A stretch of 23,125 nt of DNA from the NCBI GenBank assembly GCA_002189035.1, contig NEEC01000209.1, positions 1 to 23,125 on the forward strand. The letters run 5' to 3'. Of the stretch, positions 1-9,332 are shown in pieces (the first letter of the stretch is position 1; every line of letters starts with the position of its first letter). The DNA comes from Utricularia gibba. Lineage: Eukaryota; Plantae; Magnoliophyta. The notes beneath the pieces were generated by a model. It worked only from the letters and a program-made list of their open reading frames with translations, searched no databases and had not been told where the DNA came from. The translations under genes were made by a program, and so were the position numbers.

Positions 1-362
1 TAAGGATCGAGCGTTAACACAAGTTTCAAGTAAACCATCTCCACTCGATCCGAATCATGTCTAAAGACCGAAAGCCAATAAAATATTAAAATAAAAAATA
101 TACGCTCGATCCGCATCATATCTTAGAATCGAATGCAAATAGAATCGTTCAAATAAAAAATATACACTCGATTGGAATCTTAACCAAGGATCGAATGCTA
201 ATTAAAATGATTAAAATAAAAATGCACACTCCATCCAAAGTATAACTAAGGGTCGAATGCTAATAAAATTAAAAACTAAGAAACTTTCACATGTAGTATA
301 TGCTTTAATAACTAACGTATTTACATTATTTATATTTTAATAAACATATATCACATGATTAT
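1..362. mobile_element. Right arm (partial) of foldback/MULE-like palindromic element
   Basis: Same sequence as 2331-2693; ~62-bp subrepeats anchored by CTC(G/C)AT at 44, 105, 167 and 229. Confidence 0.65.
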
Positions 363-630
363 AAAATATTTTTTTTGTCATTGTAGAAAGCTCATCACGC
401 CACGCACACCACCCTGGAGAGGTTTCAACAGCTGTTATGAACTCACAACCCCTTGCTCAGCAGATTCAGTAAAATTCTCTAACACTTGGGCTTCCAACGG
501 ATCATATCCCATATTCATTCATACGAAATTGTGCAAGAATAATGTGACTTTGAGTTTGAACTAGATAGTAGGACGCTGATCGAAGAATGGCCCATCGAGT
601 CTCTAAAATTGGCCGTCCTCGCTCAACAAA

Positions 631-1483
631 TGTGGGGTGCACGTGACATCCCAATTTCAACAAATGCATCATGATTTTCGTCGAGTGGGCCCATGAGCCC
701 GTCCGAACCCGGGGCCCGGGCCAAGGGCCCCTCGAGAGCGCCCGCCTCAATACGAGGAGGTGTTCCTTCAAAAACCATATACGCGTCTCGTCACAACCCA
801 ACGTTAATAAATGCATCACTTTTTTTGGCGCGCTACTGCTGACTTTGGGCCTGAGTTCGGCACGACCTCCGGCTCGATCAGGGTGCCCCCGAGAGCTCCT
901 CCTTAAGTATAAAGTGTGTTGTTGAAAAAAACCGTGTGCGGTTCTCGTGACATCCTAACTTCAACAAATGCATCACGATTTTCGTCGAGTCGGACGGGAC
1001 CGGGCTCCCGGGGCCCGGACGAGGCGCAGCGCCCGCTCCCCTCCCCCCAAAACTAGAAGGTGTTCCATGGAAAACCATTTAGGCGGCTCGTGACAACCCA
1101 AAGTTAATAAATGCATCACTTTCTTTGCCGGGCTACAATGACTTTACGCTCGAGCCTGGTACGACGTATGGGAAGATTCGAGTGCCCCCCGAGAGCGTCT
1201 CCACAAGTATAAAGCGTGTTGTTGAAAAAACCGTGTTGGGTGCACGTGACATCCTAATTTCAACAAATGTGTCACGATTTTCGCCGAGTGGGACCAGAGT
1301 GGGCTCATCAGCCAGACCGAACCCGGGGCCCAAGCCAAGGGCCCCTCGAGAGCGCCCCCCACAAAACTAGATGGTGTTCCACGAAAAAAAATTAGGCGGC
1401 TCGTGATAACCCAACGCTAAGAAATGCATCCCTTTTTTCGCCGGGCTAAAACTGACTTTGGGCTCATGCCCGGCGCGACCCCC
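631..1483. repeat. Satellite-like block: six diverged ~150-bp monomers as A/B ~300-bp dimers (copy 1)
   Basis: The anchor CGT(G/C)A(C/T)A(T/A)CC occurs at 642, 789, 946, 1089, 1245 and 1402 (spacing 147, 157, 143, 156, 157). ATGCAT occurs at 664, 811, 968, 1111 and 1424. Alternate monomers resemble each other more than neighbours do. The last monomer is truncated near 1483. Confidence 0.92.
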
Positions 1484-1484
1484 A

Positions 1485-1575
1485 GCCCGTGTGCATACGC
1501 AGCAGCACCACGAGGCCACATGGGCTTGGTTAATGCCCGCGTGCTCGAGCAGCAGCCACAAGGCCATACGGCCGT
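1485..1575. repeat. Imperfect 50-bp direct duplication (present in every unit)
   Basis: GCCCGTGTGC..GCAGCAGCACCACGAGGCCACA at 1485 versus GCCCGCGTGC..GCAGCAGCCACAAGGCCATA at 1535. Confidence 0.75.
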
Positions 1576-1642
1576 GGAAAAAAAGAAAAACAACCATAAA
1601 ATACAATAAGCCAAAAATAAAAAATAAAATTGATAAACCCTT

Positions 1643-1791
1643 GGTTCGGTTCGGGCCCAATCAAAACCCGTAGGGTTTAACCCGTTCGGGTTGAACAGAA
1701 AGACAACCCCATGGGTCATGCAAACTGTAATACCCAGAATTTCATCGGGTTGGGTCCGAACCTGAATGGATCCAACCCAGGCCCATCTCTA
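1643..1791 (-). mobile_element. Putative terminal fragment of a non-autonomous hAT-like DNA transposon (one end only)
   Basis: The minus strand reads TAGAGATGGGCCTGGGTTGGATCC inward from 1791, resembling plant hAT termini (TAGRGATG/CAGGGATG type). The interior is rich in AACCC(G)/CGGGTT/GGTTCGG motifs. No partner end or TSD was seen. The same end occurs at 4124, 6457, 8793, 11127, 13463, 15796, 18128, 20462 and 22791. Confidence 0.45.
1653..1678. promoter_or_regulatory. Site II-like (GGGCCCAA) and telo-box (TAGGGTTT, reverse complement AAACCCTA) motifs
   Basis: Exact motif matches at 1653-1660 and 1671-1678. Function is unshown, and they may simply be transposon subterminal sequence. Confidence 0.2.
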
Positions 1792-1879
1792 ATCATAATC
1801 ATATGATATAGGTTTATTAAATTATAAATAATTGAAATACATTATTTATTAAACCGTAGGATAACTGTGAAAGCTTCTT

Positions 1880-2225
1880 TGACTTAATTATTACCATTTG
1901 ATCCTCAGTTGTACTTTGGATGGAGTGTGTATTTTTACTTTAGTCAATTTAATTAGCATTCGATCCTTGGTTATGATTCAGATCATATTTGCTATTTTTT
2001 TACTTTAAATATTTTTATTATCATTCGATCCTTAAGTATAATGCGGATCGAGCGCGTATTTTTTATTTTAATATTTTTTATTAGCATTCGAACGTTAGGT
2101 ATGCTGCGGATCGAGCGTATATTTTTCACTCTCATATTTTTATTAGCCTTAGATCCTTAGGTATACTTTGGATCGAGTGCATATTCATTTATTTTAAATC
2201 TTAATTAGCGTTCCACCGTTAGGAG
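1880..2225. repeat. ~62-bp tandem subrepeats in left arm of palindrome (~5.5 copies)
   Basis: An ATTCGATCC-like anchor occurs at 1896, 1958, 2023, 2086, 2148 and 2210 (spacing 62, 65, 63, 62, 62). Confidence 0.88.
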
Positions 2226-2259
2226 CAATTTAGAACGTGTATACATTACAATGCCATGC

Positions 2260-2297
2260 CACACGGGCGTGGTTTACGCACAACCCACGCCCGTGTG
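2260..2297. other. Perfect 13-bp GC-rich stem with 12-nt loop at palindrome centre
   Basis: CACACGGGCGTGG (2260-2272) and CCACGCCCGTGTG (2285-2297) are exact reverse complements; the loop is TTTACGCACAAC. Confidence 0.95.
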
Positions 2298-2330
2298 CCC
2301 TTGCAATGTAAACACGCTCCACATTGCTCC

Positions 2331-4663
2331 TAAGGATCGAGCGTTAACACAAGTTTCAAGTAAACCATCTCCACTCGATCCGAATCATGTCTAAAGACCG
2401 AAAGCCAATAAAAATATTAAAATAAAAAATATACGCTCGATCCGCATCATATCTTAGAATCGAATGCAAATAGAATCGTTCAAATAAAAAATATACACTC
2501 GATTGGAATCTTAACCAAGGATCGAATGCTAATTAAAATGATTAAAATAAAAATGCACACTCCATCCAAAGTATAACTAAGGGTCGAATGCTAATAAAAT
2601 TAAAAACTAAGAAACTTTCACATGTAGTATATGCTTTAATAACTAACGTATTTACATTATTTATATTTTAATAAACATATATCACATGATTATAAAAATA
2701 TTTTTTTTGTCATTGTAGAAAGCTCATCACGCCACGCACACCACCCTGGAGAGGTTTCAACAGCTGTTATGAACTCACAACCCCTTGCTCAGCAGATTCA
2801 GTAAAATTCTCTAACACTTGGGCTTCCAACGGATCATATCCCATATTCATTCATACGAAATTGTGCAAGAATAATGTGACTTTGAGTTTGAACTAGATAG
2901 TAGGACGCTGATCGAAGAATGGCCCATCGAGTCTCTAAAATTGGCCGTCCTCGCTCAACAAATGTGGGGTGCACGTGACATCCCAATTTCAACAAATGCA
3001 TCATGATTTTCGTCGAGTGGGCCCATGAGCCCGTCCGAACCCGGGGCCCGGGCCAAGGGCCCCTCGAGAGCGCCCGCCTCAATACGAGGAGGTGTTCCTT
3101 CAAAAACCATATACGCGTCTCGTCACAACCCAACGTTAATAAATGCATCACTTTTTTTGGCGCGCTACTGCTGACTTTGGGCCTGAGTTCGGCACGACCT
3201 CCGGCTCGATCAGGGTGCCCCCCGAGAGCTCCTCCTTAAGTATAAAGTGTGTTGTTGAAAAAAACCGTGTGCGGTTCTCGTGACATCCTAACTTCAACAA
3301 ATGCATCACGATTTTCGTCGAGTCGGACGGGACCGGGCTCCCGGGGCCCGGACGAGGCGCAGCGCCCGCTCCCCTCCCCCCCAAAACTAGAAGGTGTTCC
3401 ATGGAAAACCATTTAGGCGGCTCGTGACAACCCAAAGTTAATAAATGCATCACTTTCTTTGCCGGGCTACAATGACTTTACGCTCGAGCCTGGTACGACG
3501 TATGGGAAGATTCGAGTGCCCCCCGAGAGCGTCTCCACAAGTATAAAGCGTGTTGTTGAAAAAACCGTGTTGGGTGCACGTGACATCCTAATTTCAACAA
3601 ATGTGTCACGATTTTCGCCGAGTGGGACCAGAGTGGGCTCATCAGCCAGACCGAACCCGGGGCCCAAGCCAAGGGCCCCTCGAGAGCGCCCCCCCACAAA
3701 ACTAGATGGTGTTCCACGAAAAAAAATTAGGCGGCTCGTGATAACCCAACGCTAAGAAATGCATCCCTTTTTTCGCCGGGCTAAAACTGACTTTGGGCTC
3801 ATGCCCGGCGCGACCCCCAGCCCGTGTGCATACGCAGCAGCACCACGAGGCCACATGGGCTTGGTTAATGCCCGCGTGCTCGAGCAGCAGCCACAAGGCC
3901 ATACGGCCGTGGAAAAAAAGAAAAACAACCATAAAATACAATAAGCCAAAAAAAAAATAAAATTGATAAACCCTTGGTTCGGTTCGGGCCCAATCAAAAC
4001 CCGTAGGGTTTAACCCGTTCGGGTTGAACAGAAAGACAACCCCATGGGTCATGCAAACTGTAATACCCAGAATTTCATCGGGTTGGGTCCGAACCTGAAT
4101 GGATCCAACCCAGGCCCATCTCTAATCATAATCATATGATATAGGTTTATTAAATTATAAATAATTGAAATACATTATTTATTAAACCGTAGGATAACTG
4201 TGAAAGCTTCTTTGACTTAATTATTACCATTTGATCCTCAGTTGTACTTTGGATGGAGTGTGTATTTTTACTTTAGTCAATTTAATTAGCATTCGATCCT
4301 TGGTTATGATTCAGATCATATTTGCTATTTTTTTACTTTAAATATTTTTATTATCATTCGATCCTTAAGTATAATGCGGATCGAGCGCGTATTTTTTATT
4401 TTAATATTTTTTATTAGCATTCGAACGTTAGGTATGCTGCGGATCGAGCGTATATTTTTCACTCTCATATTTTTATTAGCCTTAGATCCTTAGGTATACT
4501 TTGGATCGAGTGCATATTCATTTATTTTAAATCTTAATTAGCGTTCCACCGTTAGGAGCAATTTAGAACGTGTATACATTACAATGCCATGCCACACGGG
4601 CGTGGTTTACGCACAACCCACGCCCGTGTGCCCTTGCAATGTAAACACGCTCCACATTGCTCC
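2331..4663. repeat. Macrosatellite unit 2 (2333 bp)
   Basis: Anchor to anchor; no-A variant. Confidence 0.97.
2963..3818. repeat. Satellite-like 150/300-bp block (copy 2)
   Basis: Copy of 631-1483. Confidence 0.92.
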
Positions 4664-5026
4664 TAAGGATCGAGCGTTAACACAAGTTTCAAGTAAACCA
4701 TCTCCACTCGATCCGAATCATGTCTAAAGACCGAAAGCCAATAAAAATATTAAAATAAAAAATATACGCTCGATCCGCATCATATCTTAGAATCGAATGC
4801 AAATAGAATCGTTCAAATAAAAAATATACACTCGATTGGAATCTTAACCAAGGATCGAATGCTAATTAAAATGATTAAAATAAAAATGCACACTCCATCC
4901 AAAGTATAACTAAGGGTCGAATGCTAATAAAATTAAAAACTAAGAAACTTTCACATGTAGTATATGCTTTAATAACTAACGTATTTACATTATTTATATT
5001 TTAATAAACATATATCACATGATTAT
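4128..5026. mobile_element. Foldback/MULE-like palindrome (copy 2)
   Basis: Copy of 1795-2693. Confidence 0.7.
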
Positions 5027-6996
5027 AAAAATATTTTTTTTGTCATTGTAGAAAGCTCATCACGCCACGCACACCACCCTGGAGAGGTTTCAACAGCTGT
5101 TATGAACTCACAACCCCTTGCTCAGCAGATTCAGTAAAATTCTCTAACACTTGGGCTTCCAACGGATCATATCCCATATTCATTCATACGAAATTGTGCA
5201 AGAATAATGTGACTTTGAGTTTGAACTAGATAGTAGGACGCTGATCGAAGAATGGCCCATCGAGTCTCTAAAATTGGCCGTCCTCGCTCAACAAATGTGG
5301 GGTGCACGTGACATCCCAATTTCAACAAATGCATCATGATTTTCGTCGAGTGGGCCCATGAGCCCGTCCGAACCCGGGGCCCGGGCCAAGGGCCCCTCGA
5401 GAGCGCCCGCCTCAATACGAGGAGGTGTTCCTTCAAAAACCATATACGCGTCTCGTCACAACCCAACGTTAATAAATGCATCACTTTTTTTGGCGCGCTA
5501 CTGCTGACTTTGGGCCTGAGTTCGGCACGACCTCCGGCTCGATCAGGGTGCCCCACCGAGAGCTCCTCCTTAAGTATAAAGTGTGTTGTTGAAAAAAACC
5601 GTGTGCGGTTCTCGTGACATCCTAACTTCAACAAATGCATCACGATTTTCGTCGAGTCGGACGGGACCGGGCTCCCGGGGCCCGGACGAGGCGCAGCGCC
5701 CGCTCCCCTCCCCCCAAAACTAGAAGGTGTTCCATGGAAAACCATTTAGGCGGCTCGTGACAACCCAAAGTTAATAAATGCATCACTTTCTTTGCCGGGC
5801 TACAATGACTTTACGCTCGAGCCTGGTACGACGTATGGGAAGATTCGAGTGCCCCCGAGAGCGTCTCCACAAGTATAAAGCGTGTTGTTGAAAAAACCGT
5901 GTTGGGTGCACGTGACATCCTAATTTCAACAAATGTGTCACGATTTTCGCCGAGTGGGACCAGAGTGGGCTCATCAGCCAGACCGAACCCGGGGCCCAAG
6001 CCAAGGGCCCCTCGAGAGCGCCCCCCACAAAACTAGATGGTGTTCCACGAAAAAAAATTAGGCGGCTCGTGATAACCCAACGCTAAGAAATGCATCCCTT
6101 TTTTCGCCGGGCTAAAACTGACTTTGGGCTCATGCCCGGCGCGACCCCCAGCCCGTGTGCATACGCAGCAGCACCACGAGGCCACATGGGCTTGGTTAAT
6201 GCCCGCGTGCTCGAGCAGCAGCCACAAGGCCATACGGCCGTGGAAAAAAAGAAAAACAACCATAAAATACAATAAGCCAAAAATAAAAAATAAAATTGAT
6301 AAACCCTTGGTTCGGTTCGGGCCCAATCAAAACCCGTAGGGTTTAACCCGTTCGGGTTGAACAGAAAGACAACCCCATGGGTCATGCAAACTGTAATACC
6401 CAGAATTTCATCGGGTTGGGTCCGAACCTGAATGGATCCAACCCAGGCCCATCTCTAATCATAATCATATGATATAGGTTTATTAAATTATAAATAATTG
6501 AAATACATTATTTATTAAACCGTAGGATAACTGTGAAAGCTTCTTTGACTTAATTATTACCATTTGATCCTCAGTTGTACTTTGGATGGAGTGTGTATTT
6601 TTACTTTAGTCAATTTAATTAGCATTCGATCCTTGGTTATGATTCAGATCATATTTGCTATTTTTTTACTTTAAATATTTTTATTATCATTCGATCCTTA
6701 AGTATAATGCGGATCGAGCGCGTATTTTTTATTTTAATATTTTTTATTAGCATTCGAACGTTAGGTATGCTGCGGATCGAGCGTATATTTTTCACTCTCA
6801 TATTTTTATTAGCCTTAGATCCTTAGGTATACTTTGGATCGAGTGCATATTCATTTATTTTAAATCTTAATTAGCGTTCCACCGTTAGGAGCAATTTAGA
6901 ACGTGTATACATTACAATGCCATGCCACACGGGCGTGGTTTACGCACAACCCACGCCCGTGTGCCCTTGCAATGTAAACACGCTCCACATTGCTCC
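4664..6996. repeat. Macrosatellite unit 3 (2333 bp)
   Basis: Anchor to anchor; +A variant at 5555. Confidence 0.97.
5296..6149. repeat. Satellite-like 150/300-bp block (copy 3)
   Basis: Copy of 631-1483. Confidence 0.92.
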
Positions 6997-7359
6997 TAAG
7001 GATCGAGCGTTAACACAAGTTTCAAGTAAACCATCTCCACTCGATCCGAATCATGTCTAAAGACCGAAAGCCAATAAAAATATTAAAATAAAAAATATAC
7101 GCTCGATCCGCATCATATCTTAGAATCGAATGCAAATAGAATCGTTCAAATAAAAAATATACACTCGATTGGAATCTTAACCAAGGATCGAATGCTAATT
7201 AAAATGATTAAAATAAAAATGCACACTCCATCCAAAGTATAACTAAGGGTCGAATGCTAATAAAATTAAAAACTAAGAAACTTTCACATGTAGTATATGC
7301 TTTAATAACTAACGTATTTACATTATTTATATTTTAATAAACATATATCACATGATTAT
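6461..7359. mobile_element. Foldback/MULE-like palindrome (copy 3)
   Basis: Copy of 1795-2693. Confidence 0.7.
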
Positions 7360-9332
7360 AAAAATATTTTTTTTGTCATTGTAGAAAGCTCATCACGCCA
7401 CGCACACCACCCTGGAGAGGTTTCAACAGCTGTTATGAACTCACAACCCCTTGCTCAGCAGATTCAGTAAAATTCTCTAACACTTGGGCTTCCAACGGAT
7501 CATATCCCATATTCATTCATACGAAATTGTGCAAGAATAATGTGACTTTGAGTTTGAACTAGATAGTAGGACGCTGATCGAAGAATGGCCCATCGAGTCT
7601 CTAAAATTGGCCGTCCTCGCTCAACAAATGTGGGGTGCACGTGACATCCCAATTTCAACAAATGCATCATGATTTTCGTCGAGTGGGCCCATGAGCCCGT
7701 CCGAACCCGGGGCCCGGGCCAAGGGCCCCTCGAGAGCGCCCGCCTCAATACGAGGAGGTGTTCCTTCAAAAACCATATACGCGTCTCGTCACAACCCAAC
7801 GTTAATAAATGCATCACTTTTTTTGGCGCGCTACTGCTGACTTTGGGCCTGAGTTCGGCACGACCTCCGGCTCGATCAGGGTGCCCCACCGAGAGCTCCT
7901 CCTTAAGTATAAAGTGTGTTGTTGAAAAAAACCGTGTGCGGTTCTCGTGACATCCTAACTTCAACAAATGCATCACGATTTTCGTCGAGTCGGACGGGAC
8001 CGGGCTCCCGGGGCCCGGACGAGGCGCAGCGCCCGCTCCCCTCCCCCCCAAAACTAGAAGGTGTTCCATGGAAAACCATTTAGGCGGCTCGTGACAACCC
8101 AAAGTTAATAAATGCATCACTTTCTTTGCCGGGCTACAATGACTTTACGCTCGAGCCTGGTACGACGTATGGGAAGATTCGAGTGCCCCCCGAGAGCGTC
8201 TCCACAAGTATAAAGCGTGTTGTTGAAAAAACCGTGTTGGGTGCACGTGACATCCTAATTTCAACAAATGTGTCACGATTTTCGCCGAGTGGGACCAGAG
8301 TGGGCTCATCAGCCAGACCGAACCCGGGGCCCAAGCCAAGGGCCCCTCGAGAGCGCCCCCCCACAAAACTAGATGGTGTTCCACGAAAAAAAATTAGGCG
8401 GCTCGTGATAACCCAACGCTAAGAAATGCATCCCTTTTTTCGCCGGGCTAAAACTGACTTTGGGCTCATGCCCGGCGCGACCCCCAGCCCGTGTGCATAC
8501 GCAGCAGCACCACGAGGCCACATGGGCTTGGTTAATGCCCGCGTGCTCGAGCAGCAGCCACAAGGCCATACGGCCGTGGAAAAAAAGAAAAACAACCATA
8601 AAATACAATAAGCCAAAAATAAAAAATAAAATTGATAAACCCTTGGTTCGGTTCGGGCCCAATCAAAACCCGTAGGGTTTAACCCGTTCGGGTTGAACAG
8701 AAAGACAACCCCATGGGTCATGCAAACTGTAATACCCAGAATTTCATCGGGTTGGGTCCGAACCTGAATGGATCCAACCCAGGCCCATCTCTAATCATAA
8801 TCATATGATATAGGTTTATTAAATTATAAATAATTGAAATACATTATTTATTAAACCGTAGGATAACTGTGAAAGCTTCTTTGACTTAATTATTACCATT
8901 TGATCCTCAGTTGTACTTTGGATGGAGTGTGTATTTTTACTTTAGTCAATTTAATTAGCATTCGATCCTTGGTTATGATTCAGATCATATTTGCTATTTT
9001 TTTACTTTAAATATTTTTATTATCATTCGATCCTTAAGTATAATGCGGATCGAGCGCGTATTTTTTATTTTAATATTTTTTATTAGCATTCGAACGTTAG
9101 GTATGCTGCGGATCGAGCGTATATTTTTCACTCTCATATTTTTATTAGCCTTAGATCCTTAGGTATACTTTGGATCGAGTGCATATTCATTTATTTTAAA
9201 TCTTAATTAGCGTTCCACCGTTAGGAGCAATTTAGAACGTGTATACATTACAATGCCATGCCACACGGGCGTGGTTTACGCACAACCCACGCCCGTGTGC
9301 CCTTGCAATGTAAACACGCTCCACATTGCTCC
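6997..9332. repeat. Macrosatellite unit 4 (2336 bp)
   Basis: Anchor to anchor; +A variant at 7888. Confidence 0.97.
7629..8485. repeat. Satellite-like 150/300-bp block (copy 4)
   Basis: Copy of 631-1483. Confidence 0.92.

Larger units (their letters stand above)
1..2330. repeat. Macrosatellite unit 1 (2330 bp, arbitrary phase)
   Basis: Anchor to anchor; no-A variant. Confidence 0.97.
1795..2693. mobile_element. ~900-bp imperfect palindrome, foldback / long-TIR Mutator-like non-autonomous element (copy 1)
   Basis: The reverse complement of the left arm (1795-2272) aligns to the right arm (2285-2693). Examples: ATAATCATATGATATAGGTTTATTAAA versus TTTAATAAACATATATCACATGATTAT; TACTTTGGATGGAGTGTG versus CACACTCCATCCAAAGTA; TTAGGAGCAAT (2219-2229) versus ATTGCTCCTAA (2323-2333). 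Arms consist of ~62-bp subrepeats. The palindrome is directly observed; the TE class is inferred and no TSD was found. Confidence 0.7.

Noticed and set aside
368-386. TTTTTTTTTGTCATTGTAG resembling a 3' splice acceptor
   Set aside because: No upstream exon or donor and no recognisable coding exon follows; it is equally explained as the end of the palindrome arm.
391-470. Minus-strand GTGATGA (C-box-like) and CTGA motifs suggesting a C/D snoRNA
   Set aside because: The CTGA motifs lie upstream of the C box on that strand; no D box follows it.
355-564. 69-aa ORF with WASNGSYPI, faintly like hAT transposase C-terminal WW-x-x-NG-x-x-YP
   Set aside because: The match is too short to support, and the ORF exists in this form only in unit 1 because of an A-run difference. 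A profile search (Pfam Dimer_Tnp_hAT) would be needed.
561-564. CTAG as a Helitron 3' end (tandem Helitron array)
   Set aside because: No GC-rich hairpin lies just upstream on either strand here or at the other CTAG sites, and no 5' TC junction can be defined.
640-648. CACGTGAC (G-box; matches yeast CDEI on the minus strand)
   Set aside because: It is a single short motif present in only two of six monomers, with no CDEII/CDEIII arrangement.
1634-1685. Telomeric repeat
   Set aside because: Only isolated AAACCCT/TAGGGTTT hits; no tandem TTTAGGG run.
355-1719. All ORFs in the six-frame track (61-118 aa, repeated in each unit)
   Set aside because: They are short, overlap on both strands, lack recognisable domains, and are made or broken by homopolymer indels between otherwise identical units. 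They are by-products of GC-rich repeat sequence.
1886-1895. AATTATTAC resembling a CRESS/geminivirus origin nonanucleotide
   Set aside because: It is not TAATATTAC, TAGTATTAC or TATTATTAC, has no flanking GC stem, and there is no Rep ORF.
1-2330. 5S rDNA array or 45S rDNA intergenic spacer
   Set aside because: No 5S, 18S, 5.8S or 25S sequence was recognised on either strand, and there is no TATATAGGGG Pol I start motif (closest is GATATAGGTT near 1805). Remote IGS origin of the subrepeats cannot be excluded without BLAST.
1880-2610. CRISPR array suggested by regularly spaced palindromic motifs
   Set aside because: The intervening sequences are related AT-rich repeats rather than unique spacers, the repeats are degenerate and mirrored, and there are no cas genes.
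1855-2631. CGTAGGATA (1855) / TGTAGTATA (2623) as a 9-bp MULE target-site duplication
   Set aside because: Only 7 of 9 bases match, they are not symmetrically placed, and the inverted repeat continues ~70 bp beyond them.
7500-8120. 206-aa minus-strand ORF (also 12170-12790 and 19171-19791; 192 aa at 5167-5745)
   Set aside because: Its repeated MHLL(T/K)LGC motifs are simply the translation of the 150-bp DNA monomer, and it is open only in some units. No family resemblance.
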